From assembly GCA_030149205.1 (NCBI GenBank), contig JASBSB010000003.1, positions 90,001-122,000 on the forward strand: a stretch of DNA of 32,000 bases, in the 5' to 3' direction. Source of the DNA: Candidatus Heimdallarchaeota archaeon. GTDB lineage: Archaea; Asgardarchaeota; Heimdallarchaeia; Heimdallarchaeales; Kariarchaeaceae. The position numbers and the translations under genes are program-made. Of the stretch, positions 1-8,453 are shown piece by piece (position 1 is the first letter of the stretch; each line of letters opens with the position of its first letter). Below the pieces are notes generated by a model that did not search any database, had not been told where the DNA came from, and worked only from the letters and a program-made list of their open reading frames with translations.

Positions 1-936
1 TGGCCCACCTGGTAAAGAAAATCCTTGAACTTGGAATGATCCATCAGATACAATAAGATTAACCTGATACCATATTCCTGGAGCTGCTAATCCTAAGTGC
101 ATGTCGTTTGAAACAATGGGGTTCCCAGATACTGTATGTGCTCCTCCTACCACCCAGTCATTTGATCCAACCCCAATTGAAGTCCGATCAAAGCTTCCAA
201 ATAATGCTGAAAGAGGGTTATTTGGTAGAAGGGCTTTCAGCTTAGAAACATCTTGTTTTGTTAGGTTACCAACATAGTTAGATGCAGGTCTGTAGGTAAT
301 AGGAATTATATCAAGTGATTTTGCACCACCTACTGCTTTAATCATATCTAATCTTCTTAGTTCACTTTGCAAACCTCCAAAGGCAAGGTCATATGACATA
401 ACACCCTGAACCGCCAATGAATCTGCCACTGTCCATAGTTTTGGACCTACACCTAAAACTTGGAATTCCAGGGGAAGAGAATTCTTGTGGCTGGTTATGT
501 AGTCATTAAGTCCTTGCACGTAAGATGCGACTAAATCAGTAACATTACTGGGTAATCTTTGTTCTGTCGCAATTGCTGCTCGTTTGATACCAAGTTTTCG
601 TAGAAAGATATCCGCAGACAACTGACTGGGACCAATAATTCTTGAGAGTTCACCATTCGCCACGGAACGATAGAACTCAAGTTGCCATAGTCTATCTCTT
701 GCAAATTCATATCCTTGAGCATAGACCACATCTTTTAGTGTTTTTCCAACTATGGTTGGGATCCCTAGCTTATCACGATAAACAGTTACAGAGTTGGTAA
801 GATGAGTTGAGCTTACTTGACCAAATGTGTCATAGCTGTTATTTAACCCTAAATATATCCCCCCAGATAATATCATAATCAAGGCGAGGAACACAACCAA
901 AGTCCACTTACTAATAACTTTGATTAGATTCGTCAT
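1..936 (-). CDS. Penicillin acylase family (peptidase S45, Ntn-hydrolase), N-terminal membrane anchor; runs off the window start (3' partial)
   Basis: Hand translation from ATG at 936 gives 312 open codons to position 1: MTNLIKVISKWTLVVFLALIMILSGGIYLG (hydrophobic anchor), VTVYRDKLGIPTI, AQGYEFARDRLWQLEFYR, and beta-subunit start GVG-SNDWVVGGAHTVSGNPIVSNDMHLGLAAPGIWYQV (nucleophile Ser codon at 165-163). Not in the ORF track, probably because the stop lies outside the window. Confidence 0.93.
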   Translation of the reverse strand, partial: MTNLIKVISKWTLVVFLALIMILSGGIYLGLNNSYDTFGQVSSTHLTNSVTVYRDKLGIPTIVGKTLKDVVYAQGYEFARDRLWQLEFYRSVANGELSRIIGPSQLSADIFLRKLGIKRAAIATEQRLPSNVTDLVASYVQGLNDYITSHKNSLPLEFQVLGVGPKLWTVADSLAVQGVMSYDLAFGGLQSELRRLDMIKAVGGAKSLDIIPITYRPASNYVGNLTKQDVSKLKALLPNNPLSALFGSFDRTSIGVGSNDWVVGGAHTVSGNPIVSNDMHLGLAAPGIWYQVNLIVSDGSFQVQGFSLPGGP

Positions 937-1143
937 TGTTTAATTCTGGAAATTGAGTTTATAAAATTAATCTTAACCGAATTACGATTCTAATTGATTT
1001 TTATACGAAATTTAGGGTAAAAATTTACAGAAAATTATAGTTTTAGAAATCATTTCATTCTAGCAAAACTATTCCATTTTTTATACATTAGACCTAATTT
1101 TGATGTAAGTACATAAAGAAAGAATATCGTAAAGAACTATGAA

Positions 1144-1836
1144 ATGACTTTAGGTACTGAGGATATTATTGTCCACAGAGGTATGGGGAAGCCAGAAAAT
1201 ACCATCTCCTCCTTTGAAAAAAGTATGAGTAGGGGTTACCATTTTGTTGAACTAGATGTTCATCTCACACTCGATGAAAATTGGATTGTATTTCATGATT
1301 TTGAATACTCCAAGGGGAAAAAGATAGAAGAATCTAATACTCAAGAAGTTAAAAATTCGAAGGAGTATGAAGTACCACAGCTTACTGAGGTTTTAACAAA
1401 GTTACCAAAGTTAAGGGTAAATATCGAACTTAAAGTACCAAAAAATGATGAAAACTCATTTAATATTGGTAAAAAGTTTGGTAAATTTATAGACTCATAT
1501 TTTTCAGTTGAAAGAGGCTACATCTCATCTTTTAATTCAAAAGCCTTGAAAGGTGTGAGAGCCTCAAACCAAGAGGTGAAACTTTCATATTTGACCACAA
1601 GGCCAAAGCCAAGTGAATGGGAGTTGTTAAATCGAAAAATTGATCTCTACTCGGTAAATCCATTGTTTATTCTATTAAGAGAAAAGCATGTTATCTGGGC
1701 ACACAAAAATAATCTTGAGGTACATCCATGGGTTGTAAATCACAGAAGAATGATTCTTCGAATGATGCGCTTGGGAGTTGATAAGCTTATCACAGACAAG
1801 CCAGACCAGGTAAAATCAGTCATTGAAACTACGTAA
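1144..1836 (+). CDS. Glycerophosphodiester phosphodiesterase (GDPD family)
   Basis: IIVHRG, ELDVHLTLD..WIVFHD, NIELK, VHPWVVN and LITDKPD motifs. Confidence 0.92.
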   Translation: MTLGTEDIIVHRGMGKPENTISSFEKSMSRGYHFVELDVHLTLDENWIVFHDFEYSKGKKIEESNTQEVKNSKEYEVPQLTEVLTKLPKLRVNIELKVPKNDENSFNIGKKFGKFIDSYFSVERGYISSFNSKALKGVRASNQEVKLSYLTTRPKPSEWELLNRKIDLYSVNPLFILLREKHVIWAHKNNLEVHPWVVNHRRMILRMMRLGVDKLITDKPDQVKSVIETT

Positions 1837-2042
1837 CTGTATCTGATGTGCAGAAGTGGTTCTATAATTGATATATCAGAGAGATAGAAATTAGAAACTG
1901 TGTTTGTGGTTTGTATTAAATACAATGAAATGATCTCTGCTTCTCACAATTATTGCGTATAGGAATTATTAAACGAAAAGATACCTGTCTCATTGTATCC
2001 CTGATTTTTTGGGTTAAATTTATGCTAATTAGATTAAGATGT

Positions 2043-3371
2043 TCAACTCGCCTCAACACTCAATTGTTGAAATTTTCTTATTAGCGGAAGAAAAATCAGT
2101 ATCCCAATCAATACCAAACCTATTGCCACGTAAAAAGTTACACGATATGCATTTACATCAAGGTACCCCTGACCAATCAGGTAATCCGCCAATGGCCCTG
2201 TTATTGCAGAACCTGCAAGTCCAAATGAAAGCATAAAACTTGCATTATAGATCGCAAATAATCTTCCTCTCATCTTCGGTGGGATAGAGTATGAAATTAA
2301 TGAATAACTTACCACCTGAATAAGAATCTGACTGCTGCCAATCAAAGCTGCGGCAATCAAAGACAGGGTAAAATTGGGAACAAAACTTAGAACGACCAAT
2401 CCAACAATAGATAATAGGGATCCTATCATAAACAAATGAATCTCCTTTCCAACAAACTTATACCTATAAAGGAGTAAACTTACGACCAAAACTGCAATTG
2501 AACCAATATTCCTATACAACCCCAATTCAGGTCCACCCGCATTAAATCCTGAGTTTGAGGCGAGGAATAATTGAGTGATTAATATAACCGAGTTTCTTCC
2601 AAAGTTGATAAAAATTAAACTAACAATAAAGGCCACAAACAACCATTTTAAAGGAAATTCAGAGAAGCTCTTATCTGAAACCAAGTTTTCTTCGATCGAT
2701 GTCTCATCCCTTAAAGCTCTTGCTCTTTCATCATTTAATGTAAGTTTTACAAACAAAGCAGTGAGGATCATAATCACTGCTGGAACATAGAATAGAATTC
2801 CATTTTCAAATCCCATTCCATCCTGGTAGAGAAAGCCACCAAATAGAGCACCAAGTATCCCGCCAAACCCACCGACAATCGAAAGCATAGCCATAAGAGA
2901 CGTTCTTTCTTTGGGTAAAGTTAGATCTGAGATGATTGTTGACCATCCTACGTTGGAGAGACTCCAAGGAATTTCAATTAGCGCTAATCCAAAAATGATC
3001 GCAAATCCTGCTTCTGTTAACCTGTTTTGATTTAAAAAGTAAAGTTGAACACCAAACACAAGAAAATGACCGAGACCAGCGATGAATTCTCCTAGAGTAA
3101 TGAATAAAACAGGTCGATGATATTTATCTAACAATCTCCCCCAGAAAAGAGTCTGAGCAGTAGTGTTAGTAATCATCCCCGCAGTTGCAAGCAATGTTAC
3201 CTCAAAGGTTGATAATTTTAATAACTCCTTAAGATAAACACTGACAAAGGTATAGAAAATCGCTCTTCGCAGGAAAGCAAGAAGCTGAAAAGTCGATAAT
3301 CCCAGAATCTCCCCCTGCTTAATAATGGTAAACTGCTCACCAAAAACAAGTTTATTCCCAAGTCTCAACAT
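2043..3371 (-). CDS. MFS transporter
   Basis: About 12 hydrophobic segments; MFS loop motif WGRLLDKYHR; ERTSLMA and MRGRLFA loop motifs; AGAGGAG SD-like sequence upstream. Confidence 0.88.
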   Translation of the reverse strand: MLRLGNKLVFGEQFTIIKQGEILGLSTFQLLAFLRRAIFYTFVSVYLKELLKLSTFEVTLLATAGMITNTTAQTLFWGRLLDKYHRPVLFITLGEFIAGLGHFLVFGVQLYFLNQNRLTEAGFAIIFGLALIEIPWSLSNVGWSTIISDLTLPKERTSLMAMLSIVGGFGGILGALFGGFLYQDGMGFENGILFYVPAVIMILTALFVKLTLNDERARALRDETSIEENLVSDKSFSEFPLKWLFVAFIVSLIFINFGRNSVILITQLFLASNSGFNAGGPELGLYRNIGSIAVLVVSLLLYRYKFVGKEIHLFMIGSLLSIVGLVVLSFVPNFTLSLIAAALIGSSQILIQVVSYSLISYSIPPKMRGRLFAIYNASFMLSFGLAGSAITGPLADYLIGQGYLDVNAYRVTFYVAIGLVLIGILIFLPLIRKFQQLSVEAS

Positions 3372-3464
3372 ATCTCTCCTGTTACTATGGTTAAAATCTT
3401 GTTGAAAGCTCTAAATGAAATTATAGAATCTTAAGCAAGTGTATAAGTAAATTGCACAGATTCA

Positions 3465-5603
3465 TTGCAACAAACTATACTTTTTATTGCAATGTTCATT
3501 GACTCTCATGTGAAATTATCAACGGAAGACATCTCCCATCTTTTCTATCCCAAGTCTTTGGCCATAGTTGGAATAAGCAGAAGAGAAAACTCGCTTGGAA
3601 AAAATCTATTTGATAACTTATTAGCTTCAGGATACAATGGGAGCATTTATCCAGTAAACCCTAAAATGGACGAATTTGAGGGGTACCCTGTCTTTCACAA
3701 ATTATCAGATATACAAGGGGAGGTAGAGCTTGTTGTTTCACTTGTCTCACGAAAATATGTTCTATCACTCGTTGAGGATTGCATTTCAAAGAATGTTAAA
3801 GCTTTGGTCATTATAACCTCAGGATTTGGTGAAATTGATGAAGAAGGAAAAATCATTGAAGACAGAATCCTTGCTCTAACTAATAAAAACAAGATCAGGG
3901 TAATTGGCCCTAATTCTATGGGGGTAAGAAGTGAACTTATGGATTTAAGTTTTAGCCCAGTCAGAGGAAAAGTTGGGGATATTGGGTTTATTTCTCAGTC
4001 AGGTGCTATTGGCGCTGTTACAATGAATCACACCAACCAGAAAGGTGTTGGTCTCTCTAAGTTTATCTCAATTGGGAACAAGAGAGATCTAGATGAGAAT
4101 AACTTGTTAGAGTACCTAGCAACAGATGACTCAACGAAGGTTGTGATGATGTATCTTGAATCCATAAAAGATGGAAATTTGTTAAGAGAACTGTTTAACT
4201 CTAACCCTTTGAGTAAACCAGTAATAGTTGTAAAAAGTGGAAGAACGTCTGAAGGATCCAGAGCTGCAAAATCACATACGGGAGCTGTTTCTGGTAGAGA
4301 TGATCTAATATCTACCATGTTTCATGATCTAAATATTATTCGGGTTAGAGGTATTAAAGAGATGGTTGATGTTGCCTATACATTTAAGAAATCATTACTT
4401 CCAAGTGGGGACAGAATTGGTATAATTTCCAATGCAGGAGGTCCAGGGACTCTAACAACTGATGAGGTTATTCAACGTGGGTTGCGCGTCCCTCTACTGA
4501 CTGGAGACCTGCAGAGAGAGCTCAGAGAAGTGCTACCTGATGAAGCAAGCACACAAAATCCAGTTGATGTTCTACCATCTGCAAGTCCTGAAACCTATAG
4601 GCATTGTATTGAAGTATTACAAAATTCTGATGAGGTAAACATAGTTATTGTTCTTCTACTCCCACCTGTTTTATACCCAATTCAGGACATGTTAAATACA
4701 ATTAACTTGATTAAAAAAACTAAACCAGTAATCGTGGTTGCTATGGGATGTGAAGGGACGATTTCTAATTATGTGTCTTATAGCTTTCCAATATTTTATA
4801 CTCCAGAAGAAGCTGCAATTGCTGTGGAGGCTTTATCTAGGTTTACATTGAATCAGAAGAAACTTACAACACGTAAATCTTCTTTTTCTGGAGGAATTCC
4901 AAATCATATGATTGAAATTGTGGAACGGATCTTAGTACAGAACAAAGGTATTGTGAAACAAGCTGATATCTCTGAGATTTTTTCTCAGTATAACATCCCT
5001 GAGGTTCCATCTCAAGTTGCGAGTAATGTTGATGAGATTACAAAAATTGCTGATCTTTTTGGGTATCCTGTGGTCTTGAAAGCTCAATCTGAGAACATTC
5101 TCCATAAATCAGATAAAGATGCAGTTAAGCTCAATATACAAAATGAGATTGAATTAGTAGAAGCATTTTCTGAATTAATACAGATTTATCGAAGTTTGAA
5201 TATCGATTCTAACGAAGTTATCATCCAGAAACAGATCAACACATATTTTGAACTGGGTGTGGGAGGAATAAGAGACCCAAATCTTGGCTCTTTTGTTCTT
5301 GTTGCTCATGGAGGGAAGTACATTGAGATCAACAATGATTCACTTTTACATTCTGCGCCACTCACTGTTTCAGAAGCCTTGGAAATGATTAGATCATTGA
5401 AGATTTATCCAAGAATTCGGGGTTATCGAGGAGATAGAGGAATGGATGAAACTACTATCGCCGAAATTTTGGTCAATCTCAGCCTTCTAATTTCAAATCA
5501 CAAAAATATAAAGGAGATCGATTTAAACCCAATAATAGGATTTGATAAAAATCTGTATTGTGTAGATAGCAGAATTATTTTATTTGATTCAATGGAATTA
5601 TAA
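3465..5603 (+). CDS. acdAB: ADP-forming acetate/acyl-CoA ligase, fused alpha (CoA-binding) and beta (ATP-grasp) subunits
   Basis: PKSLAIVGIS, IYPVNPK, IGPNSMG, SQSGA, SIGNKRD, AAKSHTGA (phospho-His), NAGGPG, NPVD, ILHKSD (beta His), EIDLNPI. The real start may be downstream of the TTG at 3465. Confidence 0.92.
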   Translation: MQQTILFIAMFIDSHVKLSTEDISHLFYPKSLAIVGISRRENSLGKNLFDNLLASGYNGSIYPVNPKMDEFEGYPVFHKLSDIQGEVELVVSLVSRKYVLSLVEDCISKNVKALVIITSGFGEIDEEGKIIEDRILALTNKNKIRVIGPNSMGVRSELMDLSFSPVRGKVGDIGFISQSGAIGAVTMNHTNQKGVGLSKFISIGNKRDLDENNLLEYLATDDSTKVVMMYLESIKDGNLLRELFNSNPLSKPVIVVKSGRTSEGSRAAKSHTGAVSGRDDLISTMFHDLNIIRVRGIKEMVDVAYTFKKSLLPSGDRIGIISNAGGPGTLTTDEVIQRGLRVPLLTGDLQRELREVLPDEASTQNPVDVLPSASPETYRHCIEVLQNSDEVNIVIVLLLPPVLYPIQDMLNTINLIKKTKPVIVVAMGCEGTISNYVSYSFPIFYTPEEAAIAVEALSRFTLNQKKLTTRKSSFSGGIPNHMIEIVERILVQNKGIVKQADISEIFSQYNIPEVPSQVASNVDEITKIADLFGYPVVLKAQSENILHKSDKDAVKLNIQNEIELVEAFSELIQIYRSLNIDSNEVIIQKQINTYFELGVGGIRDPNLGSFVLVAHGGKYIEINNDSLLHSAPLTVSEALEMIRSLKIYPRIRGYRGDRGMDETTIAEILVNLSLLISNHKNIKEIDLNPIIGFDKNLYCVDSRIILFDSMEL

Positions 5604-5693
5604 CCATCCACTCATTTCTAACTAAGCAATTATTTAGACTTAAACCTTTAAATTAATATACATTTTATTGCTTTTTGTTTTATGGTGAGCTAA

Positions 5694-7523
5694 GTGTTAA
5701 TAGGAATTGAGGCTCAGCAAAAGGGAACACTTTTGTTGGGAAATGAGGCAGTAGCCCAGGGGTTATTAGATGAAGGAGCAACATACTTCGCAGGGTATCC
5801 CGGTACCCCTTCAACAGAAATTATTGAATATGTTTTCAAAACAAATAAAAGTGAATCAATAGTTGTTCATTGGTCTTCTAATGAGGCTGTTGCCTTTGAA
5901 GAAGCAGCTGCTGCTGCGATATCTGGAGAATATGCAGTATTTACCGCAAAACACGTGGGATTGAATGTCGCAGCTGACCCATTTATGACACTAGCTTACA
6001 TGGGTGTAAGAGGTGCAATGGTGATTTGTGTTGCAGATGACCCATCAATGCACAGCTCACAAAATGAGCAAGACACCAGATGGTATGGACGGTTGGCCCA
6101 TTTACCAGTGTTAGAACCTACTGACCCAGAAAATGCCTATGAATGGGCTAGAAGAGCGTTACAACTCAGCTACAAAATCAAATTACCGGTAATCCTTCGA
6201 CTGACAACCAGAGTTTCACATGGGTTATCTTCGATTAAATTTGCCCCACCTATTAGTAAACCCAAACAGGATTACACAAAGGATCCCTCCAGGTTTGTTT
6301 CATTACCATCCAACGCAAGAAAAAACAAACTTCGATTAAACAAGGCCTTTTCCGAGGTTGAAGAGGAAATCGAGAATCCTATCTATTACAAGAAATCCTT
6401 ATCAACTCCTCAGCATAGTTTAGGGATAATAAGTGCAGGTACTGCAGCCAGCTACTGTGAAGAGTTACAGGCTGATCTTCCATTTGACCTCTTTATCTCA
6501 TATGTCACACATCCTCTTCCAAAAAACGCATTAACAAAATTTATGCAACAACATTCAGAAATTTTGGTGGTTGAAGAACTTGATCCTGTTATTGAAGGTG
6601 ATTTGAAACAATTAGCTTATGAGAGAAAAATTGAAACTAACATAGTTGGTAAACAATATATCCCCCTAAACTACGAATTAGGTCTAGAGAACATAGAAAA
6701 TGCAATAAGAGATCTTTTGGGGCTAGAAAAACCAGAGGTAATTGAGATCCCCTTAAACAATTCAGATATTATCGTCAGACCCCCAACCTTTTGTGCAGGA
6801 TGTCCACACCGTGCGACCTACTATGATTTAAACAAAGCATTAAAGCATCAGGATGTGATTTTCTCTAATGACATTGGATGTTACTCGCTTGGAGCTCTTC
6901 CCCCGTTTAATGATGCGGACTCACTTCTCTGTATGGGAGCAAGCATAGGAATGGCAGTTGGATACTCGGAAATTTTCCCAGACAAAACAATTGTGGCAAC
7001 CATTGGTGATTCGACATTTTGGCATTCTGGGGTAACTGCACTTTCAAATGCAATTTGGCATAATTCCAATATTCTTGTTGTAGTGATGGATAACTCTACC
7101 ACAGCGATGACAGGTACTCAAGAGAATCCTTCAACGAATAACACCCTAAACATTTTGGAGACTGCCAAAGGTATGGGAGCATTAGCCTGGCAAGTTAACT
7201 CCTTTGAGAACAAGGAATTAGTGCAGATAATCAGAGAGAAGGTAAAGTTACCGGGAGTTAAGGTGTTAGTTGCTAAGCAACCTTGTGTCATTTATGAAAA
7301 TCACTTAAACAAAGAAAGAGAGATACCACCAAAGGGGGTCATTAAGGTCGATATGGATAAATGTACTCTCTGTGAGCTCTGTGTCTCTGATTTGAACTGT
7401 TCTGCTCTTAGTTTACAAAACGGTGAAATTATTGTAGATGGGGCACAATGCAATGGATGCGAATTCTGTGCAACCATATGCCCTCGAGACGCATTTTCTT
7501 TGGAGGTAAGGACAAATGAATAA
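5694..7523 (+). CDS. iorA: Indolepyruvate:ferredoxin oxidoreductase alpha subunit
   Basis: LLGNEAVAQG, YPGTPSTEI, KHVGLNVAADP, DDPSMHSSQNEQD, FCAGCPHR, TPP motif GDSTFWHSG...DNSTTAMTG, C-terminal 2x[4Fe-4S] Cys motifs. Confidence 0.95.
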   Translation: MLIGIEAQQKGTLLLGNEAVAQGLLDEGATYFAGYPGTPSTEIIEYVFKTNKSESIVVHWSSNEAVAFEEAAAAAISGEYAVFTAKHVGLNVAADPFMTLAYMGVRGAMVICVADDPSMHSSQNEQDTRWYGRLAHLPVLEPTDPENAYEWARRALQLSYKIKLPVILRLTTRVSHGLSSIKFAPPISKPKQDYTKDPSRFVSLPSNARKNKLRLNKAFSEVEEEIENPIYYKKSLSTPQHSLGIISAGTAASYCEELQADLPFDLFISYVTHPLPKNALTKFMQQHSEILVVEELDPVIEGDLKQLAYERKIETNIVGKQYIPLNYELGLENIENAIRDLLGLEKPEVIEIPLNNSDIIVRPPTFCAGCPHRATYYDLNKALKHQDVIFSNDIGCYSLGALPPFNDADSLLCMGASIGMAVGYSEIFPDKTIVATIGDSTFWHSGVTALSNAIWHNSNILVVVMDNSTTAMTGTQENPSTNNTLNILETAKGMGALAWQVNSFENKELVQIIREKVKLPGVKVLVAKQPCVIYENHLNKEREIPPKGVIKVDMDKCTLCELCVSDLNCSALSLQNGEIIVDGAQCNGCEFCATICPRDAFSLEVRTNE

Positions 7524-8154
7524 CCTCCAGATTAACATTGTTGGAGTTGGTGGCCAGGGAACTATAAGTATAGGCAGACTCCTTTTACAAACAGGACTGA
7601 TCCAAGAATACAACATAAGAGGAAATGAAACTCATGGGATGAGTCAAAGAGGCGGTTCTGTTAACTTTCAAGTCAGAGTTGGACAATTTAAGGGGGTCTT
7701 GATCCCTAATTCAGGTGCAGATATCATTTTGGCCACTGAGCCCATGGAGGCAGTGCGGTGGATCAACTCTTTAAAGCCAGATGGAATCGTAATTTCTGAC
7801 AAACACGCAGTCATTCCCGCTATTGTTAATGTGACAAAACAGAAGTATCCAAAATTAGAGAAGCTGATAGACTATGTTAGAATGAAAACAAATAATATCA
7901 TTTTGATCCCCGCCATGAAAATAGCAAGATCATACAATAATGACAAAGCCGCAAACTTGGTGCTCCTTGGAGCTCTGCTACAGGTGACTCCACTCTTTGA
8001 TCCAAATATCTTACGATCACTAATCAAGGAGAAATGGCCTAGAATGGCTGAGTCTAACACCATCTGTTTTGATGCTGGTATCAGATACGTTCAAACCAAT
8101 TATCCAGATTATGTTAAGAATCGCTCTAAGCTTATTCAAGATAACCCAGTATAG
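7516..8154 (+). CDS. iorB: Indolepyruvate:ferredoxin oxidoreductase beta subunit
   Basis: GVGGQG, ETHGMSQRGGSV, EPMEAVR, ANLVLLGA motifs; 8-nt overlap with iorA and GGAGGT SD-like sequence. Confidence 0.95.
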   Translation: MNNLQINIVGVGGQGTISIGRLLLQTGLIQEYNIRGNETHGMSQRGGSVNFQVRVGQFKGVLIPNSGADIILATEPMEAVRWINSLKPDGIVISDKHAVIPAIVNVTKQKYPKLEKLIDYVRMKTNNIILIPAMKIARSYNNDKAANLVLLGALLQVTPLFDPNILRSLIKEKWPRMAESNTICFDAGIRYVQTNYPDYVKNRSKLIQDNPV

Positions 8155-8194
8155 ATTCTTCCGAGCTTAAATGTAGATTCTTCCGAGTTTAAAT
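8152..8194. repeat. Tandem direct repeat, 2 x 21 bp, period 22
   Basis: TAGATTCTTCCGAGCTTAAAT (8152-8172) and TAGATTCTTCCGAGTTTAAAT (8174-8194), 20/21 identical. Confidence 0.9.
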
Positions 8195-8213
8195 AGTAAA
8201 GCAATGATTTACT
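8188..8213 (+). promoter_or_regulatory. Putative archaeal promoter (TATA box) with a downstream inverted-repeat operator candidate for the small-ORF/polB2 operon
   Basis: TTTAAATA at 8188-8195, 22-29 nt upstream of GTG 8217; AGTAAA-N7-TTTACT at 8195-8213. Confidence 0.5.
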
Positions 8214-8216
8214 GCT

Positions 8217-8453
8217 GTGAGTAATAGGGCACGGATGTTAGCTAGAGAAATCAAAGAGAAATTTGAACCAATAATAAGAACCTCAAACTATTCCAGCCTG
8301 TTAACAGATGCACTTGAAGTTGTTGAAAGTCAGGAGCAACCAACAAAGGATGATTTTTACTGGTTGCTTTATACCATCTCAACACTACTTGTGGAAAAGA
8401 TTCAACTGTTAGAAGACCAGCTTAAAAAATGTGAGAGCAATGAAAAAGATTGA
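8217..8453 (+). CDS. Small helical protein, probable PolB2-associated accessory protein (arCOG07300-like by position)
   Basis: 78 aa, amphipathic-helix and coiled-coil pattern (LLVEKIQLLEDQLKK); overlaps the start of polB2. Confidence 0.65.
   Translation: MSNRARMLAREIKEKFEPIIRTSNYSSLLTDALEVVESQEQPTKDDFYWLLYTISTLLVEKIQLLEDQLKKCESNEKD

Noticed and set aside
531-731. 66-aa minus-strand ORF in the track
   Set aside because: Out-of-frame overlap inside the much longer penicillin-acylase reading frame on the same strand
1837-2042. About 200-bp gap between convergent GDPD and MFS genes as a possible ncRNA or small gene
   Set aside because: No stable hairpin, repeat or convincing ORF found by eye
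8152-8194. Tandem 21-mers as a CRISPR remnant or att site
   Set aside because: Only two copies with a 1-nt spacer, no cas or integrase genes, and no similarity to the tRNA 3' end
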